Numbered from the stretch's first letter, positions 20,194-30,302 are shown. The stretch is DNA of 64,000 nucleotides from Patescibacteria group bacterium (GCA_041737595.1 JBGSRK010000010.1:117375-181374); one strand, 5' to 3'. The notes: generated by a model not told the origin, from the sequence alone. Program-made: numbers and translations.

Positions 20194-20769
20194 TTAGGTT
20201 AATTCTTTTAAAAGAGAATGGGATTTGTCCTTATCGGATATAATAGCCTCCGAAAGAGGAATGGGCCAATCTATGGCAAGGTCTGGGTCTGCAAGGTTTA
20301 TTAGAGTGTATTTTGCTTCTGGCGACCAGTGGGCATCTACTAAATAAGTATATAAAACATCTGGCGTTAGGGTTTGAAATGAGTTGGCACAGCCTTTGGG
20401 CACAAACAGTGCCTTTTGGGGATTCATCTCAAAAGTCTCTACCATCCCATAAGTATCTCCCTCTCGCAAATCAACTATCGCCGTAAATGCTCTTCCGGTT
20501 TGGATACTAATAAACTTGCTCCATGGTTCTGCATGGATACCCCTAGTGACACCTCTTTCTTTATTCGCAGATACGCTTAATTGTACTGGGACAAAATCTT
20601 CTGGAAGTCCGGCTATTCTCAGTTTTTCTAATTGGAAACTTTCCTTGAACCAACCTCTTTCATCACCGTTTAAAACCAAATCAAAAAATAATAGTCCAGG
20701 TATGCGGGTTTTATGGGACCTAATTTCTTTGTTTTCATACAGCGACTTATCGTAGTTGTCGTTTTTCAT
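20194..20769 (-). CDS. rfbC: dTDP-4-dehydrorhamnose 3,5-epimerase
   Basis: 191 aa with cupin-fold RmlC motifs (RGIHAEPW...FVPKGCANSFQTL). Confidence 0.85.
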   Translation of the reverse strand: MKNDNYDKSLYENKEIRSHKTRIPGLLFFDLVLNGDERGWFKESFQLEKLRIAGLPEDFVPVQLSVSANKERGVTRGIHAEPWSKFISIQTGRAFTAIVDLREGDTYGMVETFEMNPQKALFVPKGCANSFQTLTPDVLYTYLVDAHWSPEAKYTLINLADPDLAIDWPIPLSEAIISDKDKSHSLLKELT

Positions 20770-20774
20770 AATAA

Positions 20775-22498
<1,724 letters not shown>

Positions 22499-22566
22499 AA
22501 AATCTCCTTTTTAATAGTAGATATATTTTAACCTATAGGATTTTTTTGTCAAAAGAGTTACTAAGA

Positions 22567-23430
22567 TTAGCTAATCTCTTTTTCTAAATATTTTTTTAGT
22601 TCATCTTTGAAACCATCGTGTTTTAATGCCATTGAGATGGTTGCCTTTAAAAAACCAAGCTTATCACCTGTATCATAAACTGTCCCTTTGTAATTTTTAC
22701 CCATTAAACCTTCTTTTTTTGCCATTTCAAGCATCGCGTCAGTAAGTTCTATCTCCCCTCTTTCAGAAAAACCAACATCTTCAAGATATTTAAATATTAC
22801 AGGGTCAAATACATATCGCCCAAGGATAGAATAATTTGATGGAGCATCTTTTAGTTTTGGTTTTTCAACTACACCTTTTATCATAAATTCTTCACCTTTT
22901 TCTTTAGGATCAATAATCCCATATAGATGAACCTTTTCATCGGGGACTTCAGATGCTGTTATTGTTGAAATCCCTGTTTTTTCATAATTATCAATTAGGT
23001 CTTTTAAACAATCCGGCCCATTTGCGACTAAAACATCTGGGAGTAACACTGCAAATGGTTCATCTCCGATAATGTCCTTTGCTCTAAGAACTGCGTGCCC
23101 AAGGCCAAGTGGTTCTTTTTGACGAATATAAATAATATTTGCCATCTCTGAGATTGCTTCCATTTCATGAAGTAGTTCTAATTTATTTTTTTTCTTTAAT
23201 GCATCTTCGAGTTCATATGAATGATCAAAATAGTCTTCAATTGCAGATTTACCGCGCCCAGTAATAAAGATGATATCAGTAATACCCGCTTTAACTGCTT
23301 CTTCTACTGCATAATGAATCGCCGGCTTATCAATGATTGGGACCATCTCTTTTGGCATTGATTTTGTGGCTGGTAAAAATCTTGTCCCAAACCCCGCTGC
23401 GGGGATTACTGCTTTTCTAACTTTTTTCAT
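22567..23430 (-). CDS. galU: UTP--glucose-1-phosphate uridylyltransferase
   Basis: 287 aa. KAVIPAAGFGTRFLPATKSMPKEMVPIIDKPAIHYAVEEAVKAGITDIIFITGRGKSAIEDYFD aligns with E. coli GalU. Confidence 0.85.
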   Translation of the reverse strand: MKKVRKAVIPAAGFGTRFLPATKSMPKEMVPIIDKPAIHYAVEEAVKAGITDIIFITGRGKSAIEDYFDHSYELEDALKKKNKLELLHEMEAISEMANIIYIRQKEPLGLGHAVLRAKDIIGDEPFAVLLPDVLVANGPDCLKDLIDNYEKTGISTITASEVPDEKVHLYGIIDPKEKGEEFMIKGVVEKPKLKDAPSNYSILGRYVFDPVIFKYLEDVGFSERGEIELTDAMLEMAKKEGLMGKNYKGTVYDTGDKLGFLKATISMALKHDGFKDELKKYLEKEIS

Positions 23431-23505
23431 ATCAGTATTTTATATTTAAAACACCCCTCCGTCAAATACCCATATTAATCTCTTTTTATTATATTATTTA
23501 TAGTA

Positions 23506-23537
23506 CTTATGCTTTAGTAATGTACATTAGTAAAGTG
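23506..23537. repeat. 32-bp direct repeat copy A1 containing 12-bp perfect palindrome TAATGTACATTA (candidate operator), in galU promoter region
   Basis: cttatgctttagtaatgtacattagtaaagtg is identical to 23970..24001. The central 24 bp are near-palindromic. Confidence 0.8.
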
Positions 23538-23573
23538 ATATCTAGGTGGTTTAATATTGTAAATTATAGCTGT

Positions 23574-23954
23574 TTATCTTTTAGATATCGGTATTATGCC
23601 TGGAATACCCTTGTATTTTACTTTATGACTTTTTGAATAATTAATAATTACATCTTTTATATTATCAATATTTTTTCTAGTATTTCTAGAAGGATTTCTG
23701 CGAAAACCATACCCAATATGGTTACTAAGTCTAGCAATAATAGTTGAGCTAACCTTAACTTCTTGTTGAATCATTGAATATGAATATCCTGCATTAAGCA
23801 TTTCGAGTATTTTAAGTCTTCTTGCCATATCATTAATTTCACGAGGAGTTAAAATTCTTTCAAAAAGTAACTCAACATCTTTTGTTGTATTTGTAGAGGC
23901 AACTATTTTAATTAAATCTTTAATTTCTTTTTCAAACCAGATATCAATTGACAT
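23574..23954 (-). CDS. TrpR-like DNA-binding protein, YerC/YecD family
   Basis: 126 aa. ...FERILTPREINDMARRLKILEMLNAGYSYSMIQQEVKVSSTIIARLSNHIGYGF matches the YerC/YecD (Trp repressor-like) family. Its paralog lies at 58845..59201. Confidence 0.7.
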   Translation of the reverse strand: MSIDIWFEKEIKDLIKIVASTNTTKDVELLFERILTPREINDMARRLKILEMLNAGYSYSMIQQEVKVSSTIIARLSNHIGYGFRRNPSRNTRKNIDNIKDVIINYSKSHKVKYKGIPGIIPISKR

Positions 23955-23969
23955 GAGTTCTCCTTTATC

Positions 23970-24001
23970 CTTATGCTTTAGTAATGTACATTAGTAAAGT
24001 G
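23970..24001. repeat. 32-bp direct repeat copy A2 (same palindrome), immediately upstream of the TrpR-like gene
   Basis: Identical to 23506..23537. It lies in the promoter region of 23574..23954. Confidence 0.8.
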
Positions 24002-24031
24002 TTTATATATTTATTATTTCAAAGTATTTTT

Positions 24032-25783
24032 TTATAAATAGACTAAATAAATATCAAGCTTGGGGACTGTTGTTTTTTCGCCAGAATCAAAAACTAGAAT
24101 ATTGCCCGAGATATCAATACGAGGTAAATAATAAATTGGGAAATCAATTATTGTTTCCGTGGATGAGCTAATGTCATAGATATGGATGTAATAATAACCA
24201 CTTTCAAATTTTGTATAAACAATACGCCCTGAATCTATTCGAATCGCGCCAGAAACACCTCCGTCTGTAATCAATTTTTCTTCTCTGGTCTTAATATTTA
24301 TTGAATATAATTTTTTATCCTTTTCCCAAATAATATAATCTTCTGAAATATCTATTGTCCCCGTTGACCCAATATTTGTTTTTATCAACTCTTCAGCGCC
24401 CCCAATTTCTTTAAGGTATAAATCGGTCCGGTTCCCAATTCTTGTATCTTTCCAAATAACATTATCTTCTGAAATTTTTGGTTGATATTGACTCCCGGTC
24501 CCAGTTACAAAAGGAATTTCTCCGTTTGACTTATTTAAATCAAGATAATAAATATCAGAATCCTTACCATTCCGCATATCACTCCAAACAACAATCCCGC
24601 TATCATTTAAAACTGGGCTTAATTGATCTTTTGGCGCATTTGTGACCAAAAAAGGCGAGTTTGATATAAAACTATAACAATAAATATTCGTTGCAGTTGA
24701 ACTAAAATGTGAATCTTGGGCTGTATAACATGCATAATCTCCACCAACTTGTGGCTCTTGGGCAATACTTACACCTTCTATTGCAATATTTACACCCTTA
24801 ATTTCACCATCTGAAATATCATAATAAAATAACTTTTTGGGGCTATTGCCGTTTTCGTTTTTCTTCCAATCCTGCCAAACAATTATTTTCCCATTCGTAG
24901 TCGGATATCTTTGACTTTCGGGATCGTTTGTAACATTAATAACTTCTCTTTTCAGTTCAATTGATTTTTCTTCAGATTCAGCCGTTAGACCATTATTAAA
25001 GTAAGTAATGACTCGATAATAATAATTTTTACCTGTTAATAGATTTTTATCTTCATAATTTAATTTATTAACATCATTGGTTTCGAAAATTGGTGAAAAC
25101 CCAGCCCCAGATTCGAGGGAACGCTCTAAAACATACTTATTAAAATCTGAGTCTTCTGATTTAGCCCAAGAAATATTAATCGAGTTACTTTGAGAATTAA
25201 GTACAATTTCTGAACCTTTTTGTGGTCGATGAGAATCTATAAAATCAGTAGGTGAATAATAAAAATCTTTAATATTTTCTTTATCTAACCCGCTCGGCCA
25301 ATAATTCGCCTTTAGATTATTTTTTCTAATTTCAAAATGTAAATGTGATGCCCATCTCCCATCGGCATTTCCTATTTTTCCAATACAATCACCTTTTTTT
25401 AATAATTGACCTTCATTTACATTAATTTCAGAAAGATGTGCATATTGTGACCAAACTGTTATTGGGTTATCATGTTTTATTAAAACTATTTTTCCCCAAC
25501 CACTACCATAATCTTTTGCACTTATAATAGTTCCGTCTGAGATGGAATATACAGGGTCCCCATAATCATCTTCACCACTTCCCCTGTTCCAATCTTCTCC
25601 TGGATGCCAAATTGTTCCGTTCCATTCAAGATAACCCCATCCATCATTCCCACCAAATATTTCACCTCTTTTATAATTATCTCCATCGGGTTTGCCCGCA
25701 GGATAATCAAAACCAGCATTACTTGCAAAAGTAATATTTGGTAATAATAACATAAGAATTATAAGGTAAAAAAAATTAAACAT
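24032..25783 (-). CDS. Secreted M23-family peptidoglycan endopeptidase with FN3-like and beta-propeller-like C-terminal domains
   Basis: 583 aa with a signal peptide. GDPVYSISDGTIISAKDYGSGWGKIVLIKHDN...YAHLSEINVNEGQLLKKGDCIGKIGN...HLHFEIRK is the LytM/M23 motif set. The C-terminal half has repeated Y/W-rich propeller-like blades. Confidence 0.75.
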   Translation of the reverse strand: MFNFFYLIILMLLLPNITFASNAGFDYPAGKPDGDNYKRGEIFGGNDGWGYLEWNGTIWHPGEDWNRGSGEDDYGDPVYSISDGTIISAKDYGSGWGKIVLIKHDNPITVWSQYAHLSEINVNEGQLLKKGDCIGKIGNADGRWASHLHFEIRKNNLKANYWPSGLDKENIKDFYYSPTDFIDSHRPQKGSEIVLNSQSNSINISWAKSEDSDFNKYVLERSLESGAGFSPIFETNDVNKLNYEDKNLLTGKNYYYRVITYFNNGLTAESEEKSIELKREVINVTNDPESQRYPTTNGKIIVWQDWKKNENGNSPKKLFYYDISDGEIKGVNIAIEGVSIAQEPQVGGDYACYTAQDSHFSSTATNIYCYSFISNSPFLVTNAPKDQLSPVLNDSGIVVWSDMRNGKDSDIYYLDLNKSNGEIPFVTGTGSQYQPKISEDNVIWKDTRIGNRTDLYLKEIGGAEELIKTNIGSTGTIDISEDYIIWEKDKKLYSINIKTREEKLITDGGVSGAIRIDSGRIVYTKFESGYYYIHIYDISSSTETIIDFPIYYLPRIDISGNILVFDSGEKTTVPKLDIYLVYL

Positions 25784-25790
25784 AGCTTTA

Positions 25791-26573
25791 TTAATCAGTC
25801 ATATTAAAAATAATTTGTTCCGCTATATTGATTAAATCACCGTTATTTGATCCTAAAATATTTAGATCAAATATTTTATTATTAAAAATATATACATAAT
25901 TTCTAGTTTCACCCATCGAAAGCCAATCAAAGTAGACACCTTTTTTAGATGCTATTTTAAAATCTTTTCTATCTAAAAAACCTTCCACATTAAATGTTTC
26001 CTGATCACCTATAAATAAATACTTATTTTCATCTACCCATTTTGATATATCTGTTTCTTTTTCTAAATTATTATAAACAGAAATCGAAATCCCAGGGAAT
26101 TCAGATTCACTATCTTTATATACTGAAGAAATAATATTAATATGATTACTATTATTGTTAACAATAAAGTCTTCTGGGTATTTTAGCTCAAATCCTAATT
26201 CTTCATTTTTATAAGTCTTCCAATCTTTAAAATTACTCGAATTTGTATTATCAAAATTATTAGAATTAGTAAAAGAATCATTATTTTTATATGTAAAGGC
26301 GGCATTATAAAAAGGGTTTCCTACTGCCGGGATTACGGCCGCAAGTGGTTTTGCGATGTCATTTTTAATTCCTTCTCTAATTGACCCTCTGGTTTCTTTT
26401 GGTATAAAATCTGGTTTATCTTTAGTATAAATAGCCATAAAAAAACAAATTATCGTTCCAATTATTAATATTGTAATAACAATTATTGAAATTAATAATA
26501 GAGTTTTTCGATCCATTAATTTAAAAATATTTTTTGAATTTCGCCACTTAATATATTTTTCTTTAAGTCTCAT
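25791..26573 (-). CDS. Hypothetical signal-anchored membrane protein (start uncertain)
   Basis: The table ORF is 25791..26645, but its first 24 codons run through a terminator hairpin at 26637..26655. A sigma70-like promoter (TTGACC-N17-TATGAT, 26580..26608, - strand) points to a start at Met25 (26573, possibly leaderless) or Met44 (26516). A TM segment follows MDRK. Confidence 0.4.
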   Translation of the reverse strand: MRLKEKYIKWRNSKNIFKLMDRKTLLLISIIVITILIIGTIICFFMAIYTKDKPDFIPKETRGSIREGIKNDIAKPLAAVIPAVGNPFYNAAFTYKNNDSFTNSNNFDNTNSSNFKDWKTYKNEELGFELKYPEDFIVNNNSNHINIISSVYKDSESEFPGISISVYNNLEKETDISKWVDENKYLFIGDQETFNVEGFLDRKDFKIASKKGVYFDWLSMGETRNYVYIFNNKIFDLNILGSNNGDLINIAEQIIFNMTD

Positions 26574-26579
26574 ATATTT

Positions 26580-26608
26580 ATCATAAGCATAATGAATAAT
26601 ACGGTCAA
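26580..26608 (-). promoter_or_regulatory. Sigma70-like promoter TTGACC-N17-TATGAT
   Basis: On the - strand: TTGACCgtattattcattatgctTATGAT, with the -10 ending about 7 nt before the ATG at 26573. Confidence 0.45.
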
Positions 26609-26636
26609 GTATTTTATCTATACAGAAAATGAAACA

Positions 26637-26655
26637 CCCCTGCATATAGCAGGGG
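26637..26655 (-). terminator. Hairpin (cccctgc-atata-gcagggg) followed by U-rich tract on - strand
   Basis: 7-bp GC-rich stem, then UGUUUCAUUUUCUGU on the - strand, directly after the stop of ORF 26677..27024. Confidence 0.4.
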
Positions 26656-26676
26656 CTTTGTGCGACACAATGGTCG

Positions 26677-27024
26677 CTAGTTCGGGTTCAACACCGGGTT
26701 GGCTTCGAGGATATTCCCAATAATGCGATCGAAAACAATCGGGAGACCATCGATACCCTGAAGGGTACCACAACGCCGGCTGACACCATCAACGTTGCCG
26801 AGGTCAGGAGTTGATATGAAAGTGATGTCATCGTTTGGTGCACGATGAACCACAAACATGCCCTCAGGGCCCTGATATGACACGCAGTGACCTTCCTTCA
26901 GAGTTACAGCAACACGACGATCTTCACCAATTCCGTAGGTAGTATCAAACTGACCTGCGTAGGCTGGGAATGTCTCGAGAAATTGCTCAAGACGTGTCCG
27001 GACCTTACATGTACTTGCCTTCAT
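26677..27024 (-). CDS. Hypothetical protein encoded in an anomalously GC-rich (~50% GC) islet
   Basis: 115 aa: MKASTCKVRTRLEQFLETFPAYAGQFDTTYGIGEDRRVAVTLKEGHCVSYQGPEGMFVVHRAPNDD... Its codon usage is GC3-rich, unlike every neighbouring gene, and I recognise no family. Confidence 0.4.
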   Translation of the reverse strand: MKASTCKVRTRLEQFLETFPAYAGQFDTTYGIGEDRRVAVTLKEGHCVSYQGPEGMFVVHRAPNDDITFISTPDLGNVDGVSRRCGTLQGIDGLPIVFDRIIGNILEANPVLNPN

Positions 27025-27086
27025 CTACACTCCTCTTTTCGAGATGAACACACAAGCAGAAATTATATCAAACTTTAGGCTTTATG

Positions 27087-27117
27087 TCAAAGAAAAGTCC
27101 ACTCTTTCGAGTGGACT
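27087..27117 (-). terminator. Rho-independent terminator of hsp20
   Basis: AGTCCACTC-tttc-GAGTGGACT hairpin followed by UUUCUUUG on the - strand, 26 nt after the hsp20 stop. Confidence 0.65.
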
Positions 27118-27142
27118 TTTATAATAAACACCCTCCGCAAAT

Positions 27143-27583
27143 TTATTGAGAAATCTTTAATTTCACAGATTGATTCTTTTTAGATCTTGGGACTCGAACT
27201 GTTAAAATACCATTTTTAAAAGTAGCTCTTGCACCCTCTGGATCACCTTCAACTGGGAAAGTTACAGTTCTTGAAAAAGTACCCCAATAACATTCTCTTG
27301 TATGATAATTATCTTCAGCTACTTCTTTTTCCTCTTTTCTTTCGCCTCTAATAGAAATTTGTTCTGGTTGGACTGTTATATCTATATCAGTTTCATTAAC
27401 ACCTGCAACAGGAGCCTTAACAACAATATCATTTTGAGTTTGATAGATATCTACTGCAAGATTTCCTTCTGTTTGTGCTTGACTTAACCAATCTTGAGCA
27501 ACTGAATCAGAAAAAGCATCCCCAAGGAGAAATTCCTCTTCTGAAAGCTGACTATTAAGATTTGCGATCGCTTTTTTTACCAC
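27143..27583 (-). CDS. hsp20: Small heat-shock protein, Hsp20/alpha-crystallin family
   Basis: 146 aa with ...AVDIYQTQNDIVVKAPVAGVNETDIDITVQ...ISIRGERKEE...GTFSRTVTFP...GILTVRVPR. Confidence 0.85.
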   Translation of the reverse strand: MVKKAIANLNSQLSEEEFLLGDAFSDSVAQDWLSQAQTEGNLAVDIYQTQNDIVVKAPVAGVNETDIDITVQPEQISIRGERKEEKEVAEDNYHTRECYWGTFSRTVTFPVEGDPEGARATFKNGILTVRVPRSKKNQSVKLKISQ

Positions 27584-27727
27584 AATTACCCTCCTTAAAT
27601 TTTATTGAGTATTATAAAATATAATTCTCATGAGGAACGAACTGCATTCATATTAAATAAAGAGTACGCCCTCCGTAACTTTACTTATTTTATTTTATTG
27701 ATATTTTTTGATAAAATCAATAGCAAT

Positions 27728-28417
27728 ATGCAAAAGCTTAAGAATTATATTACAGATTTATTTTTCCCGGCTAAGTGCCTTATATGTAATAAAATTAGCC
27801 AAAATATTTGTATTGATTGTATTAATAAGATACAGGAAGTTATAAATCAAACTTGTCCTAATTGTAATAAATTATCAAAATATGGTGCTTATTGTAATCG
27901 GTGTAAGAAAAATAAATATATATCAGGTATTATTGCATTTGGTTATTTTAGAAACCCAATCCTAAAGAAAGTTATTTATGAACTCAAATATGAAGGGGTA
28001 TTTTCGGTTAGTGATCAACTCGCAGGCATGTTAACTAAAACAATTCTTAAGGAAGATATAATTTTTGATATAATTTCATTTGTGCCTATTTCTAAAAAAA
28101 GTTTAAGGCATCGAGGGTATAACCAATCTGAATTAATTGCAAATAGCCTATCAGAGTATTTTAAAAAACCTGTTTTCTCCTTATTAACAAAGACTAAAGA
28201 AACAAAAAGTCAAGTTGGTCTTTCTGGGAAAGAAAGACGTAATAATTTATTTGACGCATTTATAATTAATGAAAAAAATAGTAATAAACTAATTGGAAAA
28301 AAAATACTAATTATCGATGATGTTTGCACCACAGGGTCAACACTTAATGAATGTGCAAAAATATTAAAAAATGGTGGAGCAAAAAAAATCCATGGAGCAG
28401 TTATCGCAAAAGAATAA
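27728..28417 (+). CDS. comF: ComF-family phosphoribosyltransferase-domain protein
   Basis: The table ORF 27605..28417 would start 22 nt from the divergent hsp20 start. The internal Met at 27728 (MQKLKNYITDLFFPAKCLIC...) gives the usual ComF N-terminal Cys pairs (CxxC x2). C-terminal ILIIDDVCTTGSTLNE is a PRTase motif. Confidence 0.65.
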   Translation: MQKLKNYITDLFFPAKCLICNKISQNICIDCINKIQEVINQTCPNCNKLSKYGAYCNRCKKNKYISGIIAFGYFRNPILKKVIYELKYEGVFSVSDQLAGMLTKTILKEDIIFDIISFVPISKKSLRHRGYNQSELIANSLSEYFKKPVFSLLTKTKETKSQVGLSGKERRNNLFDAFIINEKNSNKLIGKKILIIDDVCTTGSTLNECAKILKNGGAKKIHGAVIAKE

Positions 28418-28470
28418 TTGGACTACTTGCTTCTTTTTGCTAAATTCTTTATTCTATTTATGGAGGGTTT

Positions 28471-29031
28471 ATGGACGTTGATACTATTGTAAAAAATAAA
28501 AAAGAAGATAAAAAAGACTTAAAAAAAGAGATTGAGAAGCCAAAAGAAAAAGTCGAGGTTCCAAAAAGAAAAGCTATACTTTCTTGGGAGTCTTCAGATA
28601 ATTTATCTGTTCAAATTAATCCTTTTGTAATAACTTTATTTGTCATATTCAATTTAACAGCAATTGCTTATTTTGTATGGAAAAAGGATTGGTTTCCTAT
28701 ACCTGTTATTGTAATAATTTCAGGTATTTTTATTTGGTATAAAATTTCTATTAAAGAAGAATTAAAAAAATATTCCATTGAAAGAATGGGTGTTAGAATT
28801 AATGATTATTTTTATCCATATTCTGAAATACATTCATTTTGGATTATTTATAACGATAAAGTAAAAAATCTTTATATAACCTTTGTAAAAAGATATTTAC
28901 CATCAATTGTAATTGATCTTAGTAACGCAAACCCACACAATGTAAAAATTGCTTTAAGCCGACGCATACCCGAACAAACTCAAAAATCTGAAAATCTTTT
29001 AGATAAATTAGTAAGATTACTTAACCTTTAG
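28471..29031 (+). CDS. Hypothetical membrane protein (Lys-rich N-terminus, 2 TM)
   Basis: 186 aa with no recognisable family. Confidence 0.35.
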   Translation: MDVDTIVKNKKEDKKDLKKEIEKPKEKVEVPKRKAILSWESSDNLSVQINPFVITLFVIFNLTAIAYFVWKKDWFPIPVIVIISGIFIWYKISIKEELKKYSIERMGVRINDYFYPYSEIHSFWIIYNDKVKNLYITFVKRYLPSIVIDLSNANPHNVKIALSRRIPEQTQKSENLLDKLVRLLNL

Positions 29032-29776
29032 ATAGGGTTAATAATTCGCGACCCTGTGACATTATTTTAGTTTGAGCATCTATCGCAGAAAAAAGTACTT
29101 CCCATGTGTAGTGATAATCTTTACCATCTTTAATCCCTGCATCATTTGTTATTACTCCAAGTGAATCATACCCTTTTATAAGCAGAATGTGATAAGTATT
29201 ATCTCGACCATAATGTGGATTTTCTAAAGAATGAGTCATAACTGGCACAAGAACGGGACTGCCTTGTGAAATTAATTCTTTAATATTTTCTTTTGTACCA
29301 TTATTAACTATTGAATATTTATATTTATAATAATCATTTGCAAACTTCCCAAGCTTAATTATAGATAGATCAGGTTCTTCTCCATAATTATTTTTTTGCC
29401 ACGTTTTCATTGCCCTTATATCTTTATCTACTTCTAATTGATCAAGATTTGATGAACTATTTTCTATAAGGTATTGATGATACATTAAAATTGCTGCCTC
29501 CTCGCAAGATTCTTCATGAACAGTCCAATTTGCAAATGGGGCTTGGACTGTGAATGGAACTGATAATAAATTATTTTCTTTAATTATTAATTTTGGTTCT
29601 ATTTCTTTTGGAGTTTCTTGCTCGGATTCTTCATTTATAATTTCAGGCTTAATTAGATTATTATTCTTTTTTGCTAAAAACCCCAACACTCCAAATGTAA
29701 TAAATAATAAAGAAAGAGCCATAAATAAATAGGCCCTTTTTTGATAGAATTCTGAAATTCGATTATTTTTCTTCAT
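29021..29776 (-). CDS. Secreted/membrane-anchored peptidase C39-like domain protein
   Basis: 251 aa with an N-terminal TM/signal. VPFTVQAPFANWTVHEESCEEAAILM...H... resembles Peptidase_C39_2 (Q/C/H). Confidence 0.45.
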   Translation of the reverse strand: MKKNNRISEFYQKRAYLFMALSLLFITFGVLGFLAKKNNNLIKPEIINEESEQETPKEIEPKLIIKENNLLSVPFTVQAPFANWTVHEESCEEAAILMYHQYLIENSSSNLDQLEVDKDIRAMKTWQKNNYGEEPDLSIIKLGKFANDYYKYKYSIVNNGTKENIKELISQGSPVLVPVMTHSLENPHYGRDNTYHILLIKGYDSLGVITNDAGIKDGKDYHYTWEVLFSAIDAQTKIMSQGRELLTLSKG

Positions 29777-29826
29777 GTTATTTGATTGATTTTATTTCTC
29801 TGAAACTCTGAAATTTTTTTCGACAT

Positions 29827-29919
29827 TGGCGGTGAGGGAGAGATTCGAACTCTCGCGCCGGATTACTCCGACCTACAGGTTTAGCAAACCCGCCCCTTCA
29901 GCCTCTTGGGTACCTCACC
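29827..29919 (-). tRNA. tRNA-Ser (anticodon GCU), CCA encoded
   Basis: Reverse complement GGTGAGGTACCCAAGAGGCTGAAGGGGCGGGTTTGCTAAACCTGTAGGTCGGAGTAATCCGGCGCGAGAGTTCGAATCTCTCCCTCACCGCCA. It folds as a cloverleaf with a long variable arm and a T-loop TTCGAAT. Confidence 0.85.
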
Positions 29920-30212
29920 TCGTCAGCGTAAGCTGACGAGCTTCAAAATCTTTTTATAAAAAATTTCTATGCTCTTTCGCTACGCTTCCTCTGCAGTTGA
30001 AATCGACAGATTTCAACTGGAAAGAAACAGCTTAAGCCATTTAAATCTCTTCCTTTAACTAATATGGCGGGGTAAAGATTCCCCTTCGCTCCAACTCAGG
30101 GTCCGGGTCACTGCACACCGAAAGCTCCAGGTTTTCGCTTTCTCTCGCTCCCTTCGAATCCCCTTTATCTACAATTATTTTTACGTTCTAGACAAGCTAG
30201 ATCGTAAAAATA
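29920..30212 (-). ncRNA. Candidate structured ncRNA between the two tRNA-Ser genes (5' part tmRNA-like); identity unresolved
   Basis: The stretch has no ORF, is GC-elevated, and has perfect hairpins at 29920..29940 (9 bp) and 29994..30019 (11 bp). The - strand at about 30165..30120 reads GGGGAUUCGAAGGGAGCGAGAGAAAGCGAAAACCUGG, which resembles the conserved tmRNA 5' region GGAUUCGACGGGA...GCGAAACCC. I could not find a canonical GGGG acceptor 5' end or a T-arm/CCA 3' end. Confidence 0.25.
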
Positions 30213-30302
30213 TGGCGGAGAGGGAGGGATTCGAACCCCCGGTACCCTTGCGGGTACAACAGTTTTCAAGACTGCCGCAATCGACCACTCTGCCACCTCT
30301 CC
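30213..30302 (-). tRNA. tRNA-Ser (anticodon UGA), CCA encoded
   Basis: Reverse complement GGAGAGGTGGCAGAGTGGTCGATTGCGGCAGTCTTGAAAACTGTTGTACCCGCAAGGGTACCGGGGGTTCGAATCCCTCCCTCTCCGCCA. Confidence 0.85.

Noticed and set aside
27605-27727. N-terminal 41-codon extension of comF in the ORF table
   Set aside because: It would place the start 22 nt from the divergently transcribed hsp20 start and add a non-conserved leader. The internal Met at 27728 yields the canonical ComF N-terminus.
29941-30212. Possibility that this spacer is SRP (4.5S) RNA or RNase P RNA
   Set aside because: I could not find the SRP domain IV consensus (GGAAGCAGCCAAGGCAG-like) or the RNase P P4 motif (AGGAAAGUCCGGGCUCC). The region is kept only as an unresolved ncRNA candidate.
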